A model generated the notes under the pieces. It made no database searches. It was not told the DNA's origin and saw only the letters and a program-made list of their open reading frames with translations. DNA of 64,000 nucleotides, from NCBI GenBank assembly GCA_036004845.1, contig DASYRA010000001.1, forward strand, positions 282 through 64,281, read 5' to 3'. Within the stretch, counting starts at the first letter, position 1; each line of letters opens with the position of its first letter. Shown in pieces: positions 17,057 to 27,546 of the stretch. The translations under genes and the position numbers were made by a program. This stretch comes from Candidatus Limnocylindria bacterium (GTDB lineage Bacteria > Chloroflexota > Limnocylindria > QHBO01).

Positions 17057-17887
17057 ATGCCACTTCGCAACTACCGACCCACCAGCCCCGGGCTGCGCCA
17101 GATGACGCGCTCGACCTTCGACGAGATCACGACCGATCAGCCGCACAAGCCGCTGACCGAGCGGCTCGTGCGCAAGGCCGGGCGCAACAGCCAGGGCAGG
17201 CTCACGGTGCGCCACCAGGGAGCCGGCCAGAAGCGGCTCTACCGCGTCATCGACTGGAAGCGCGACAAGTTCGGCGTGCCGGCCACCATCGCGACGGTCG
17301 AGTACGACCCGAACCGCTCGGCGCGCATCGGCCTGCTGCACTACGCCGATGGCGACAAGCGCTACATGCTCCTGCCCCACGGCCTGGGAGTCGGCGACGT
17401 GGTCGTCTCCGGCAACGACGCCGAGGCACGGGTCGGCAACGCTCTTCCGTTGGGACGGATGCCGCTCGGCACCCAGATCCACAACGTGGAGATGGTCGCC
17501 GGCCGCGGCGGCCAGATCGTGCGCAGCGCCGGCAGCAGCGCGCAGCTGCTCGCCAAGGAGGGCCAGATGGCCACCATCCGCCTCCCCTCCGGCGAGGTGC
17601 GGCGGGTGCGCGCCAACTGCATGGCCACCGTCGGCCAGGTCAGCAACCTGGAGCACGAGAACCAGAACATCGGCAAGGCGGGACGCAGCCGCCACATGGG
17701 CCGCCGGCCCGAGGTGCGTGGCGTGGTGATGAACCCGCGCGACCATCCGCACGGCGGCGGCGAGGGCAAGTCCCCGACCGGGATGCCGCCCAAGACGCCA
17801 TGGGGCAAGCCGGCGATGGGCCTGCGCACCCGCAAGAACAAGACGACCGGGAAGATGATCGTCCGTCGTCGCTATGGACGAGGGTAG
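17057..17887 (+). CDS. rplB: 50S ribosomal protein L2
   Basis: [17 protein letters not shown]..., [24 protein letters not shown]. Confidence 0.97.
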   Translation: MPLRNYRPTSPGLRQMTRSTFDEITTDQPHKPLTERLVRKAGRNSQGRLTVRHQGAGQKRLYRVIDWKRDKFGVPATIATVEYDPNRSARIGLLHYADGDKRYMLLPHGLGVGDVVVSGNDAEARVGNALPLGRMPLGTQIHNVEMVAGRGGQIVRSAGSSAQLLAKEGQMATIRLPSGEVRRVRANCMATVGQVSNLEHENQNIGKAGRSRHMGRRPEVRGVVMNPRDHPHGGGEGKSPTGMPPKTPWGKPAMGLRTRKNKTTGKMIVRRRYGRG

Positions 17888-17896
17888 GAGGGCACG

Positions 17897-18181
17897 ATGA
17901 GCCGTTCCGTCAAGAAGGGACCCTTCGTCGATGCCCGCCTCCTGGGCCGCATCGACGAGATGAACAAGCGCAACGAGCGCAAGGTGCTGAAGACCTGGTC
18001 GCGCCCCAGCGTGATCTTCCCGCAGATGATCGGGCACACGATCGCCGTGCACGACGGCAAGCGCCACGTGCCGGTCTTCGTCACCGAGAACATGGTCGGG
18101 CATCGCCTCGGCGAGTTCGCGCCCACCCGCCACTACCGCGGCCACGGCAAGGCCACGGATCGCTCCACGGCACTGAAGTAG
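17897..18181 (+). CDS. rpsS: 30S ribosomal protein S19
   Basis: [12 protein letters not shown]..., [17 protein letters not shown]. Confidence 0.97.
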   Translation: MSRSVKKGPFVDARLLGRIDEMNKRNERKVLKTWSRPSVIFPQMIGHTIAVHDGKRHVPVFVTENMVGHRLGEFAPTRHYRGHGKATDRSTALK

Positions 18182-18183
18182 GA

Positions 18184-18534
18184 ATGCACGAGATGCGTGT
18201 CGTCGCCACCGCCAAGTACATCCGTATCAGCCCGCGCAAGGTGCGCCTGGTGACCGATCTGATCACCGGCAAGCCGGTCGAGGAGGCTGCCGCCATCCTG
18301 CGCTTCCTGCCGAACGCGGCCGCCCGCGACGTGGCCAAGGTGCTCAAGAGCGCCACCGCCAACGCCGAGAACAACTTCAACCTGTCGGCCGATGAGCTCC
18401 ACGTGCTGAGCGCGACCGCCAACGAGGGGCCGACCCTCAAGCGGTTCCGCCCGCGAGCCCAGGGGCGGACCTTCAGCATCCTGAAGCGAACCAGCCATAT
18501 CACGGTCGCCGTGGCCGATCGAGAGGAGTCCTGA
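18184..18534 (+). CDS. rplV: 50S ribosomal protein L22
   Basis: [23 protein letters not shown]... (alternative ATG at 18193). In-frame start inside track ORF 17800..18534. Confidence 0.95.
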   Translation: MHEMRVVATAKYIRISPRKVRLVTDLITGKPVEEAAAILRFLPNAAARDVAKVLKSATANAENNFNLSADELHVLSATANEGPTLKRFRPRAQGRTFSILKRTSHITVAVADREES

Positions 18535-19304
18535 TGGGACACAAGGTTCATCCCTACGGCTTCCGGATCGGGATCAACAAGCCGTGGCTGGCGAAGTGGT
18601 ACGCCGATAAGGACTACGCGACGCTGCTCCAGGAGGACATGAAGATCCGTGCCCTGGTCGGCAAGCAGCTGGCCAACGCCAGTGTCAGCCAGGTGGAGAT
18701 CGAGCGCGGCATCAACCACGTCACCGTCACGGTGCATTCGGCCAAGCCGGGGATCGTCATCGGCAAGGGCGGGCAGAACGTGGAGCTGCTGCGCACCTCC
18801 ATCGGCAAGCTGACCGACAAGAAGGTCAAGCTCGAGATCAAGGAGATCCTCCAGCCCGAGCTCGACGCGGTCCTGGTGGCACAGAACGTGGCCGGCCAGC
18901 TGGAGCGTCGCATCGCCTTCCGCAAGGCGGTCAAGCAGACGGTGCAGCGCACCATCAAGGCTGGAGCCAAGGGAGTCAAGATCCAGGTCTCCGGGCGCCT
19001 CGGCGGGGCCGAGATGAGCCGCACCGAGTGGGACAAGGAGGGCCGCATTCCGCTCGGGACGCTGCGCGCCGACATCAGCTATGGGGTCGTCCACGCTCGC
19101 ACCACCTACGGCCGCATCGGCGTCAAGGTGTGGGTCTACCGCGGCGACCAGCTCGGGGAGCGACCCGGCTCGGCGCGCACCGAGCCGCGCGAACCGCGGC
19201 AGCGACCGACCCGTGCGCGCACCCGAAGCGCAGCCCCGGCGGCCACAGCCGAAGCGACGCCCGCCGCCGAAGCGACGCCCGCCGGCGCCGGCGAGGAGGC
19301 CTGA
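18534..19304 (+). CDS. rpsC: 30S ribosomal protein S3 (with ~50-aa low-complexity C-terminal tail)
   Basis: [14 protein letters not shown]..., KH domain [17 protein letters not shown] overlap with rplV. Confidence 0.97.
   Translation: MGHKVHPYGFRIGINKPWLAKWYADKDYATLLQEDMKIRALVGKQLANASVSQVEIERGINHVTVTVHSAKPGIVIGKGGQNVELLRTSIGKLTDKKVKLEIKEILQPELDAVLVAQNVAGQLERRIAFRKAVKQTVQRTIKAGAKGVKIQVSGRLGGAEMSRTEWDKEGRIPLGTLRADISYGVVHARTTYGRIGVKVWVYRGDQLGERPGSARTEPREPRQRPTRARTRSAAPAATAEATPAAEATPAGAGEEA
19248..19283 (+). repeat. Perfect 18-bp tandem duplication (GCCGAAGCGACGCCCGCC x2) in the S3 tail
   Basis: Units 19248-19265 and 19266-19283 are identical and encode [12 protein letters not shown]. Confidence 0.9.
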
Positions 19305-19306
19305 GC

Positions 19307-19720
19307 ATGTTGATGCCCAAGCGGGTCATTCACCGCAAGGTCCAGCGCGGTCGCCGCGCCGGACTGGCGAAGGGAGGCACCACGGTCAGCTTCGGCGAGT
19401 ATGGGCTGATGGCCGAGGAGGTTTGCTGGCTGACCAGCCGACAGATCGAGGCGGCGCGTCGTGCGATGACCCACCACATCAAGCGAGGTGGCCGCATCTG
19501 GATCCGGGTCTTCCCGGACAAGCCGGTCACCAAGAAGCCGGCCGAGGTCCGGATGGGCTCCGGCAAGGGGGCCCCCGACCACTGGGTGGCGGTGGTCAAG
19601 CCGGGCCGCGTCATGTTCGAGATGTCCGGCGTGCCAGAGGAGATCGCCCGCGAGGCGATGCGACTGGCCAGCCACAAGCTACCGATCCAGACCAGGTTCG
19701 TCGCCAAGGAGGGCGCGTGA
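19307..19720 (+). CDS. rplP: 50S ribosomal protein L16
   Basis: [16 protein letters not shown]..., [24 protein letters not shown]. Confidence 0.97.
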   Translation: MLMPKRVIHRKVQRGRRAGLAKGGTTVSFGEYGLMAEEVCWLTSRQIEAARRAMTHHIKRGGRIWIRVFPDKPVTKKPAEVRMGSGKGAPDHWVAVVKPGRVMFEMSGVPEEIAREAMRLASHKLPIQTRFVAKEGA

Positions 19721-19944
19721 TGGATATCAACGAGATCCGGGGGCTGTCGGACCTCGACCTGCAGAGCGCACTCGTGGATGCGAAGCAGGAGCTGTGGAAG
19801 ATTCGGTTCGACCTGGCCACGCGCCAGGAGAAGAACTACAGCCGGCTGCCCGCCACGCGGAAGCGGATCGCCCGCATCCTGACGGTGATGACCGAGCGTC
19901 AGCACGCCGCGGATGACGCCGCGGCCGTCGAGAAGGCCAGCTGA
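19720..19944 (+). CDS. rpmC: 50S ribosomal protein L29
   Basis: [35 protein letters not shown] overlap with rplP. Confidence 0.93.
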   Translation: MDINEIRGLSDLDLQSALVDAKQELWKIRFDLATRQEKNYSRLPATRKRIARILTVMTERQHAADDAAAVEKAS

Positions 19945-20219
19945 TGGCAGGCAAGCGTCGCACCAAGGTCGGCCGGGTCATCTCCGACAAGATGGACAAG
20001 ACGGTCGTGGTGAGCGTCGAGCGGCTTCGTCGCCACCCGATCTACAAGCGCGTGGTCCGGCTGTCGAGCAAGTTCAAGGCGCACGACGAGGAGAACTCGG
20101 CGCACGTCGGCGACACGGTTCGCATCGAGGAGAGCAAGCCGCTCTCCCGCGAGAAGCGCTGGCGCGTCGTCGAGGTGGTTGCCCGCGGAACGGGTGAGGA
20201 GCTGGTGGACACCGCATGA
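19944..20219 (+). CDS. rpsQ: 30S ribosomal protein S17
   Basis: [27 protein letters not shown], typical S17. Confidence 0.96.
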   Translation: MAGKRRTKVGRVISDKMDKTVVVSVERLRRHPIYKRVVRLSSKFKAHDEENSAHVGDTVRIEESKPLSREKRWRVVEVVARGTGEELVDTA

Positions 20220-20584
20220 TCCGGCAGTACACCCGGCTGCGAGTGGCCGACAACACCGGCGCGCGTGAGCTGATGTGCATCACCGTCGTCGGCCGCTCGA
20301 GCAGCGATACCGCCGAGGTCGGCGACGTCATCGTCGCCAGCGTCAAGCAGGCGCTGCCCAACACCGGGGTGAAGAAGGGCGACGTGGTCCGCGCGGTCAT
20401 CGTGCGCACAGCGAAGGAGTACGGCCGCCCGGATGGCAGCCACATTCGCTTCGACGAGAACGCCGCCGTCCTCATCACGCCCCAGGGCAGCCCGCGTGGG
20501 ACCCGCATCTTTGGGCCCGTGGCTCGCGAGCTGCGCGAGCGCAACTACATGAAGATCGTGTCGCTCGCCCCGGAGGTGCTGTGA
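20216..20584 (+). CDS. rplN: 50S ribosomal protein L14
   Basis: [22 protein letters not shown]..., [12 protein letters not shown]. Confidence 0.97.
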   Translation: MIRQYTRLRVADNTGARELMCITVVGRSSSDTAEVGDVIVASVKQALPNTGVKKGDVVRAVIVRTAKEYGRPDGSHIRFDENAAVLITPQGSPRGTRIFGPVARELRERNYMKIVSLAPEVL

Positions 20585-20585
20585 G

Positions 20586-20915
20586 ATGAACGTTCGCAAG
20601 GGCGACACCGTCCTCGTCCTGGCCGGCAAGGACCGCGGCAAGCGCGGCGTGGTCGAACGGGTCGAGCGCACCAAGCGCGGCCTCGGCGTGGTGGTGCCCG
20701 GTCTCAACATGGCCAAGCGGCACCAGCGCCCGCGGTCGCGGACGCAGCAGGCCGGCATCCTCGACCTGCCCGTCCCGCTGCACCTGAGCAACGTGCAGGT
20801 CGTCTGTCCGCGCTGCGACAAGCCGACCCGCATCTCGCACCAGCTGCTGGAGGGCGGCACGAAGCGCGTGCGCGTCTGCAAGCACTGCGGCGAGCAGATG
20901 GAGGTGGCCACGTGA
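20586..20915 (+). CDS. rplX: 50S ribosomal protein L24 (with CxxC...CxxC pairs)
   Basis: KOW motif [19 protein letters not shown]. spc-operon position. Confidence 0.95.
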   Translation: MNVRKGDTVLVLAGKDRGKRGVVERVERTKRGLGVVVPGLNMAKRHQRPRSRTQQAGILDLPVPLHLSNVQVVCPRCDKPTRISHQLLEGGTKRVRVCKHCGEQMEVAT

Positions 20916-21556
20916 CCGACGAGCCGGCCAAGCCCAAGGCCGAGAAGCCGGCTCGCCAGTTTCGGCGCAAGCCCCCCGAGGCTCCGGAGGCCCCCGCCAT
21001 CGCCCCGGCCGCACCCGGCGGGTTGCGCCGACGGTACCTGGATGAGGTGGCGCCGGCGCTGCGCCGCGAGTTCGGCTACGCCAACCCGATGCAGATCCCG
21101 CGGCTCGAGAAGGTGGTCGTCAACATCGGCCTGGGAGAGGCGATCCAGAACGCCAAGGCGCTCGACGCCGCGGTGGGCGACCTGACCCAGGTCACCGGCC
21201 AGAAGCCGATCGTGACGCGGGCCAAGCGCTCGATCGCCCAGTTCCGCCTGCGGACCGGGATGCCGATCGGGGCCAAGGTCACGCTCCGCGGCGCGCGGAT
21301 GTACGACTTCCTGGAGCGCACGATGCGGCTGGCGCTGCCGCGCATCCGGGACTTCCGGGGGATCAGCCGCAACTCATTCGACGGACGCGGCAACTTCAGC
21401 CTCGGGTTGCGGGAGCAGCTCGTCTACCCGGAGATCGACTACGACAAGATCGATCGCCTGCGGGGGATGGAGATCAGCATCGTCACCACGGCCAGGACCG
21501 ATGAGGAGGGGCTGAAGCTCCTTCAGCTCCTGGGCATGCCGTTCCAGGCCAGTTAG
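20912..21556 (+). CDS. rplE: 50S ribosomal protein L5 (with ~35-aa N-terminal extension)
   Basis: [40 protein letters not shown]... GTGA overlap with rplX. Confidence 0.95.
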   Translation: MTDEPAKPKAEKPARQFRRKPPEAPEAPAIAPAAPGGLRRRYLDEVAPALRREFGYANPMQIPRLEKVVVNIGLGEAIQNAKALDAAVGDLTQVTGQKPIVTRAKRSIAQFRLRTGMPIGAKVTLRGARMYDFLERTMRLALPRIRDFRGISRNSFDGRGNFSLGLREQLVYPEIDYDKIDRLRGMEISIVTTARTDEEGLKLLQLLGMPFQAS

Positions 21557-21567
21557 CGAGGATTCGA

Positions 21568-21753
21568 GTGGCCAAGAAGTCGATGATCGTGAAGTCGCAG
21601 CGCAAGCCACGCTTCGGGGTCCAGCAACACAGCCGCTGTGCCGTCTGCGGACGTCCGCGCGGCTATATGCGGCGCTTCGCCCTGTGCCGCATCTGCTTCC
21701 GGGAGCGAGCCCTCGAGGGTCAGCTGCCCGGCGTCACCAAGTCGAGCTGGTAG
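21568..21753 (+). CDS. rpsN: 30S ribosomal protein S14 type Z (zinc-binding, 61 aa)
   Basis: [43 protein letters not shown] start. Confidence 0.96.
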   Translation: MAKKSMIVKSQRKPRFGVQQHSRCAVCGRPRGYMRRFALCRICFRERALEGQLPGVTKSSW

Positions 21754-21854
21754 CTCGAAGACCAATCGGCCGCCCGCTGGCGGCCCCATCAGCGGCAGGC
21801 GCCGAAGCCGAATGGCACGGGGCGAACCACCGCCGAGGAGAGACAGAACCGAAC

Positions 21855-22253
21855 ATGAATGTGACTGACCCGATCGCCGACATGCTGACCAGGATTCGCA
21901 ACGCGAGCCTGGCGCGGCATCGCGAACTGACCCTGCCCTCGTCCCGCATCAAGCGCGATATCGCGCGGATCCTGGTCGAGGAGGGGTTCATCGAGTCATA
22001 CGCGACGAGCCAGGACGGGGTGCAGGAGCTCCTCACCATCCAGCTCAAGTACGTCGAGGGCAAGACCCCGGTGGTCAGCGGCCTGAAACGCATCAGCAAG
22101 CCGGGGTTGCGGGTCTACGCCCGCAAGACCGAGATCCCGCGCGTCCTGGGCGGGCTCGGCATGGCCATCCTCTCAACCTCCCACGGGATCATGACCGGGC
22201 AGAGCGCCCGGAAGCTGAACCTCGGTGGCGAGGTCCTCTGCTACGTCTGGTAA
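21855..22253 (+). CDS. rpsH: 30S ribosomal protein S8
   Basis: [17 protein letters not shown]..., [10 protein letters not shown]-terminus. In-frame ATG in track ORF 21684..22253. Confidence 0.97.
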   Translation: MNVTDPIADMLTRIRNASLARHRELTLPSSRIKRDIARILVEEGFIESYATSQDGVQELLTIQLKYVEGKTPVVSGLKRISKPGLRVYARKTEIPRVLGGLGMAILSTSHGIMTGQSARKLNLGGEVLCYVW

Positions 22254-22265
22254 GGAGCGAACGCG

Positions 22266-22817
22266 ATGTCACGCATCGGTCGGATGCCGATCCCGCTCCC
22301 GTCTGGCGTGGAGGTAACGCAGGAGGGAGCAACCCTCAGCGTGCGGGGGCCGCTCGGAACCCTGGAGCGGTCGATCCACCCGGAGATGGTGGTCGAGCGC
22401 GGAGATGGGGAGCTGCGCGTGGTGCGGCCGAGTGACGAGCCGCGTCACCGGGCGCTGCACGGATTGACCCGGACCCTCGTCAACAACATGGTGGTGGGGG
22501 TGACCACCGGATTCACCAAGGGCCTCGAGATCAGCGGGGTCGGCTATCGCGCCCAGCTGCAGGGGACCAAGCTCGTGCTGGCGCTCGGCTACTCCCATCC
22601 CGTCGAGGTCGACCCGCCGGAGGGGATCAGCTTCCAGCTGGAGACGCCGACCCGGCTGGCCGTGGTCGGTGCGGACAAGGAGCTGGTCGGCCAGACGGCG
22701 GCCTACATCCGCTCTCGTCGCAAGCCGGAGCCCTACAAGGGCAAGGGGATCAGGTACGCGGGCGAGCAGATCCTGCGCAAGGCCGGCAAGGCCGGCAAGG
22801 TTGGGACCGGCAAGTAA
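22266..22817 (+). CDS. rplF: 50S ribosomal protein L6
   Basis: [17 protein letters not shown]..., [14 protein letters not shown]. Confidence 0.97.
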   Translation: MSRIGRMPIPLPSGVEVTQEGATLSVRGPLGTLERSIHPEMVVERGDGELRVVRPSDEPRHRALHGLTRTLVNNMVVGVTTGFTKGLEISGVGYRAQLQGTKLVLALGYSHPVEVDPPEGISFQLETPTRLAVVGADKELVGQTAAYIRSRRKPEPYKGKGIRYAGEQILRKAGKAGKVGTGK

Positions 22818-23176
22818 TGATCAAGAAGACTTCGCGCGACCTCCTGCGGCGGAAGCGCCACGAACGGATCCGGCTGCACCTCACCGGCAGCCCGGCGCGT
22901 CCGCGGCTGTCGATCTTCCGCAGCGCCAAGTACATCTATGCCCAGGTGATCGACGACAGCAGCGGACGCACGTTGGCCGCCGCATCGAGTCGCGAGGCGA
23001 GCCTGGCCGGTGGTCCCGGCAAAGTCGAGTCGGCGCGCTCGGTGGGGCGCGCACTCGCCGAGCGGGCGAAGGCCGCCGGGGTCAGCGCCGTGGTCCTGGA
23101 TCGCGGTGGATATCGATATCACGGGCGGGTTCGCTCGCTCACCGAGGGCGCCCGCGAGGGCGGCCTCGACCTGTAG
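22817..23176 (+). CDS. rplR: 50S ribosomal protein L18
   Basis: [37 protein letters not shown]..., [11 protein letters not shown]. Confidence 0.96.
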   Translation: MIKKTSRDLLRRKRHERIRLHLTGSPARPRLSIFRSAKYIYAQVIDDSSGRTLAAASSREASLAGGPGKVESARSVGRALAERAKAAGVSAVVLDRGGYRYHGRVRSLTEGAREGGLDL

Positions 23177-23186
23177 CGGAGGAACC

Positions 23187-23771
23187 ATGGCTCGCATCGA
23201 CCCAACCAAGCTCAACCTCGAGGAGAAGGTCGTCCAGATCAACCGCGTCGCGAAGGTCGTCAAGGGCGGCCGGCGCTTCAGCTTCAGCGCGGTCGTGGTC
23301 GTGGGCGACGGAAACGGGATCGTCGGTGCCGGGCTCGGCAAAGCCGGCGAGGTGCCCGAGGCGATCCGCAAGGGCGTCGAGGACGCCAAGAAGCACCTCG
23401 TCAAGGTGCCGCTGGTGGGCACCTCGATTCCCCACGCGGTGAGCGTCGACTTCGGCGCCAGCACCGTCCTCCTCCGTCCGGCCTCGGCCGGCACCGGGGT
23501 CATCGCCGGCGGCTCGGTCCGGTCCGTCGTCGAGGCGGCCGGCATCCGCGACATCCTCTCCAAGTCGATGGGCAGCACCAACCCGGTCAACGTGGTCCGG
23601 GCGACGATCGAGGCGCTGCGCTCGCTGCGCTCGGCCGACGACATCGCGGCCAGCCGCGGGACGACCGCCGAGAAGCTGCTGGGCAAGCGAGCCGCCGAGG
23701 CTGCCCGCACCCCGCATGAATACGTCGAGCGCCCGCAGCCGGCGTTCCAGGGAGGCGGCCGTGGCAGGTAA
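23187..23771 (+). CDS. rpsE: 30S ribosomal protein S5
   Basis: [41 protein letters not shown]. In-frame ATG in track ORF 23010..23771. Confidence 0.96.
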   Translation: MARIDPTKLNLEEKVVQINRVAKVVKGGRRFSFSAVVVVGDGNGIVGAGLGKAGEVPEAIRKGVEDAKKHLVKVPLVGTSIPHAVSVDFGASTVLLRPASAGTGVIAGGSVRSVVEAAGIRDILSKSMGSTNPVNVVRATIEALRSLRSADDIAASRGTTAEKLLGKRAAEAARTPHEYVERPQPAFQGGGRGR

Positions 23772-24000
23772 GCCGAAGGGGACGCAGTCCGGGCCGATGC
23801 TGCGCGTCACCTGGGTCAAGTCGACGATCGGCCACAAGGCCGGTGCCCGGGGCACGATCCGGGCGCTCGGCCTGCATCGGCTCAACGAGAGCGTCCAGGT
23901 GGCCGATACCCCCGTGACGCGGGGGATGCTGCGCCGCGTCGCCTTTCTGGTGACCGTGGACGAGCCGTCGGGCGCCAAGCCGGCCGAGGGGGAGGGTTAG
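23761..24000 (+). CDS. rpmD: 50S ribosomal protein L30
   Basis: [54 protein letters not shown] 23761 is preceded by GGGAGG; an alternative ATG lies at 23797. Confidence 0.85.
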   Translation: MAGKPKGTQSGPMLRVTWVKSTIGHKAGARGTIRALGLHRLNESVQVADTPVTRGMLRRVAFLVTVDEPSGAKPAEGEG

Positions 24001-24672
24001 ATGAAGCTGCACGACCCGCAGCCGCGCCCCGGTTCGCACCAGGCCCCGCGCCGCCTGGGACGTGGCCACGGCTCCGGCCGAGGCAAGACCGCCGGGCGCG
24101 GCACCAAGGGCCAGAAGTCGCGTGCCGGTGGCGGAATCCCCGCCTGGTTCGAGGGCGGCCAGACGCCGCTCCACATCCGCACCCCCAAGCTGCACGGCTT
24201 CAAGAACCGCTTCCGGGTGGAGTACGCACCGCTCAACGTGGGACGCCTGGCCGACGCGGCAGCCGGGACGCTGATCACGCCCGACGTCCTGCGGCACGAC
24301 CAGCTCCTCCGCGACCAGAAGACGAGGCCGATGCCGGTCAAGATCCTCGGGGGTGGCGATGCTCCGAAGGGCGTCACGATCCATGCCCACGCCTTCACCC
24401 GATCGGCGCTCGCCAAGCTGGCCGAGGCCGGCAGCACAGCCCAGCTGATCAGCTGGCCGGATGGCGCGCCGATCGACTTCGAGACGGAGCCGAAGCCCGA
24501 GCGGAAGCCGAAGTCCCGGTCGAAGCGGGGGTCGGCACCCGCGGCTGAGGCGGCTGAGGCGACCGGGGAGGATGCGCCGCCCGCCGACGAGGCCGCAGTC
24601 GCCGGGGAGGGTTCGGCCGTCGACGAAGAGGCTGACACCGAGGTCGCGGCCGAGAGCGAAGGCGAGTCCTGA
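24001..24672 (+). CDS. rplO: 50S ribosomal protein L15 (with ~70-aa acidic/Ala-rich C-terminal tail)
   Basis: MKLHDPQPRPGSHQAPRRLGRGHGSGRGKTAGRGTKGQKSR... Core ends near residue 152. Confidence 0.95.
   Translation: MKLHDPQPRPGSHQAPRRLGRGHGSGRGKTAGRGTKGQKSRAGGGIPAWFEGGQTPLHIRTPKLHGFKNRFRVEYAPLNVGRLADAAAGTLITPDVLRHDQLLRDQKTRPMPVKILGGGDAPKGVTIHAHAFTRSALAKLAEAGSTAQLISWPDGAPIDFETEPKPERKPKSRSKRGSAPAAEAAEATGEDAPPADEAAVAGEGSAVDEEADTEVAAESEGES
24541..24558 (+). repeat. 9-bp tandem duplication (GCGGCTGAG x2) in the L15 tail
   Basis: Units 24541-24549 and 24550-24558 are identical and encode AAE-AAE. Confidence 0.8.
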
Positions 24673-24673
24673 C

Positions 24674-25957
24674 GTGATCGAATCCCTGGTACAGGCCTTC
24701 CGCGCGCCGGACATCCGCCGCAAGATCCTTTTCACGCTGGGGATCCTGCTCGTCTTCCGTGCGCTGACCAACGTTCCGGTCCCGAACGTGAACCAGGAGC
24801 AGCTCAAGACCCTCTTCGACACCAACCAGCTGCTGGGCCTGCTCGATCTCTTCTCGGGGGGTGGCCTGGCCACCGCGTCGATCATCGGGATGGGGGTGAA
24901 CCCCTACATCAACGCCAGCATCATCATGCAGCTGATGCAGGGCGTGATCCCGAGCCTGGGCGAGCTGGCGCGGGAGGGGGAGTACGGTCGCAATCGGCTC
25001 AACCAGTACACCCGCCTGCTGACCATCCCGATGGCCTTCGCCCAGGGCTACGGCTTCTCGGTGCTGCTCGCCACCAACAACGTCATCCCGTCGCATTCGC
25101 TCTTCAGCTTCGAGACCATGTCGCTGCTGATCTCGTTCACCGCCGGCACCATCCTGCTGATGTGGCTGGGTGAGCTGATCAGCGAGCGCGGCCTCGGCAA
25201 CGGCATCAGCTTCATCATCTTCGCCGGGATCGTGGGACGCCTGCCGCATCGGGCCGCGCCGATCGTGACCGGTCCGGATGGGCTGCTCCGCATCATCCCG
25301 TTCGTCCTGATCGCGATCGTGGTCATCGCCGGGGTCGTCTTCATCAACGAGGGGCAGCGGCGCATCCCGGTCCAGTACGCCAGCCGCGTCCGCGGGCGGC
25401 GGATGTACCAGGGTCAGACGCAGTACCTGCCCCTCAAGGTCACGATGGCGGGCGTCATCCCGATCATCTTCGCGATCAGCATCCTGCTCTTCCCCGCGCA
25501 GATCGCGTCCTACTTCCAGACCTCGACCATCGACTGGGTCAAGAGCGTCGCGAACTTCGTGGTTGCCAACCTCAGCCAGAGCAACCCCATCGTCTACGGC
25601 GGGCTCTACTTCGTGCTGGTCGTCTTCTTCACCTATTTCTACACCGCGTTCCAGTTCCGTCCCGACCAGACCGCGGACTACCTGCGCAAGAACGGCGGCT
25701 TCATCCCCGGCATCCGTCCGGGCAAGCCGACCGAGGAGTTCCTCGCCCGGATCACGAACCGGATCACGCTCGGCGGCGCCCTCTTCCTGGCCTCGCTGGC
25801 GGTGCTGCCGCTGGTTGTCACCGCCGCGATCCCGGGCACGCAGGGGCTGCAGCTCGGCGGCACGAGCGTCCTGATCGTGGTCAGCGTGGTGGTCGAGACG
25901 ATGAAACAGCTGGAGGCGCAGATGCTGATGCGCCACTATGAGGGCTTCATCCGGTGA
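24674..25957 (+). CDS. secY: Preprotein translocase subunit SecY
   Basis: GTG start gives VIESLVQAFRAPDIRRKILFTLGILLVFR... GGGLATASIIGMGVNPYINASIIMQL. 10-TM-type hydrophobic pattern. Confidence 0.95.
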   Translation: MIESLVQAFRAPDIRRKILFTLGILLVFRALTNVPVPNVNQEQLKTLFDTNQLLGLLDLFSGGGLATASIIGMGVNPYINASIIMQLMQGVIPSLGELAREGEYGRNRLNQYTRLLTIPMAFAQGYGFSVLLATNNVIPSHSLFSFETMSLLISFTAGTILLMWLGELISERGLGNGISFIIFAGIVGRLPHRAAPIVTGPDGLLRIIPFVLIAIVVIAGVVFINEGQRRIPVQYASRVRGRRMYQGQTQYLPLKVTMAGVIPIIFAISILLFPAQIASYFQTSTIDWVKSVANFVVANLSQSNPIVYGGLYFVLVVFFTYFYTAFQFRPDQTADYLRKNGGFIPGIRPGKPTEEFLARITNRITLGGALFLASLAVLPLVVTAAIPGTQGLQLGGTSVLIVVSVVVETMKQLEAQMLMRHYEGFIR

Positions 25958-26649
25958 CGGACCCGGGCGGCGGCCCGGCGGCCTCGCCCACGGGGCGCCG
26001 GATCCTCCTGCTGGTCGGCTCGGTTGGCGCGGGAAAGGGGACGCAGGCTGCGGCGCTCAGCAGCGAGCTGGGGCTGGCCCACCTGGCCTCGGGCAACCTC
26101 TTCCGCCAGGCGCTGCGTGATGGCAGCGATCTGGGCGAGCAGGCGCGCGCCTACATGGAGCGCGGCGACCTCGTGCCCGACGACATCACGATCGGGATGT
26201 TCATGCACGAGCTGTCGCAGCCGGCGGCCTCGCGCGGCGCAATCCTCGACGGGTTCCCGCGAACTGTCGCACAGGCGAAGGCCCTGGACGCCACCCTCGC
26301 CGAGCGCGGCGAGCAGATCGAACGGGTCATCTCGATCGAGGTCCCGGTCGAGGAGCTGGTCGCGCGCGTCGCCGGTCGTCGCGTGTGCCCGGCCTGCGGG
26401 ACGCCGTACCACGTCGTGGGAGACCCTCCTCGCGTGCCCGGCCGCTGCGACAACGATGGCGCCGAGCTGCAGCAGCGCGACGACGATCGGCCGGAGGTGG
26501 TTCGCGCTCGCCTCGCCAAGCAGGTGCAGCCCATGCTCGAGGTGCTCGAGTACTACGACCAGAAGGGGATCGTGCAGCACGTGGACGGCACGCAGCCGAT
26601 CGCCGCGGTGACCGACGAGATCCTCGAGGGGCTGCGCGCCGGATGGTGA
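25954..26649 (+). CDS. adk: Adenylate kinase (zinc-lid type)
   Basis: P-loop GSVGAGKGTQ. DGFPRTVAQA. Lid CPACGTPYH...RCDNDG. GTGA overlap with secY. Confidence 0.95.
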   Translation: MTDPGGGPAASPTGRRILLLVGSVGAGKGTQAAALSSELGLAHLASGNLFRQALRDGSDLGEQARAYMERGDLVPDDITIGMFMHELSQPAASRGAILDGFPRTVAQAKALDATLAERGEQIERVISIEVPVEELVARVAGRRVCPACGTPYHVVGDPPRVPGRCDNDGAELQQRDDDRPEVVRARLAKQVQPMLEVLEYYDQKGIVQHVDGTQPIAAVTDEILEGLRAGW

Positions 26650-27410
26650 CCCTCAAGCGTCCCGAGGAGGTGGCCCGCATGCGACATGCCGGCACGATCC
26701 TGGCCGATGTCCTGAGCGCGCTCGAGGGCGAGCTGCGCCCCGGCGTCTCGACCGCCGAGCTGGATGCCATCGCCGAGCGGATGATCCGCGGCGCCGGGGC
26801 GATCCCCTCCTTCCTGGGCTACGGCGGGTCGCGGGGCACCATCCCGTTCCCCGGCTCGATCTGCGTCTCGATCAACGACGAGGTGGTCCACGGCATCCCG
26901 TCGGGGCGGCGCCGGATCGAGGACGGTGACGTGGTGGGGCTCGACATCGGCTGCATCTGGCAGGGATGGCACGCCGACACGGCCCGCACCTTCGCGATCG
27001 GAGCCCTCCCCGAGCGGCTGACCCGCCTGATCGACGCGACGCGGCGGGGGATGGACGCTGGGATCGCCGCGGCCGTGCCGGGGAATCGGCTGGGCGACAT
27101 CGGGGCCGCGGTGGAGGGGGTTGCCAGGGAGCACGGCTACGGGGTGGTGCGCCACCTGGTGGGCCACGGCATCGGCACCGCCATGCACGAGGATCCGCAG
27201 GTGCCGAACTACGGGCGGCCAGGGACCGGGATGCGGATCGAGGCGGGCATGTGCTTCGCGATCGAGCCGATGTTCAACCTGGGCGGCGACGACGTCGCGC
27301 TGCTCGACGACGGCTGGACGGTGGTCACCGCCGACGGCAGCATCTCGGCCCATTTCGAGGACACGATCGCCGTCACGCCATCGGGCCCGGAGGTGCTCAC
27401 GCGTGCCTGA
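26643..27410 (+). CDS. map: Methionine aminopeptidase type I
   Basis: MVTLKRPEEVARMRHAGTILADVL..., VHGIP, DIGCIWQGWHADTARTF, GHGIGTAMHEDP. Overlaps the adk end. Confidence 0.95.
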   Translation: MVTLKRPEEVARMRHAGTILADVLSALEGELRPGVSTAELDAIAERMIRGAGAIPSFLGYGGSRGTIPFPGSICVSINDEVVHGIPSGRRRIEDGDVVGLDIGCIWQGWHADTARTFAIGALPERLTRLIDATRRGMDAGIAAAVPGNRLGDIGAAVEGVAREHGYGVVRHLVGHGIGTAMHEDPQVPNYGRPGTGMRIEAGMCFAIEPMFNLGGDDVALLDDGWTVVTADGSISAHFEDTIAVTPSGPEVLTRA

Positions 27411-27428
27411 TCACCGCTCTGATCGGCG

Positions 27429-27458
27429 TTGTGCTCGGGGCCCCGCCTCGTGTATACT
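27429..27458 (+). promoter_or_regulatory. Possible internal promoter TTGTGC-N18-TATACT upstream of infA
   Basis: Lies in the 136-nt map-infA spacer. Shares GTATACTCC with the rpsL promoter candidate. Followed by palindrome CAACTGATCAGCAGTTG and GGAGGG before TTG 27547. Confidence 0.3.
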
Positions 27459-27546
27459 CCTCCCTCCGTGGTCGCCCCGAGCGGCGGCCTTTCCGTGTGT
27501 TCCCAACCGATTTGCAACTGATCAGCAGTTGGAGGGTGCGTAGCGC

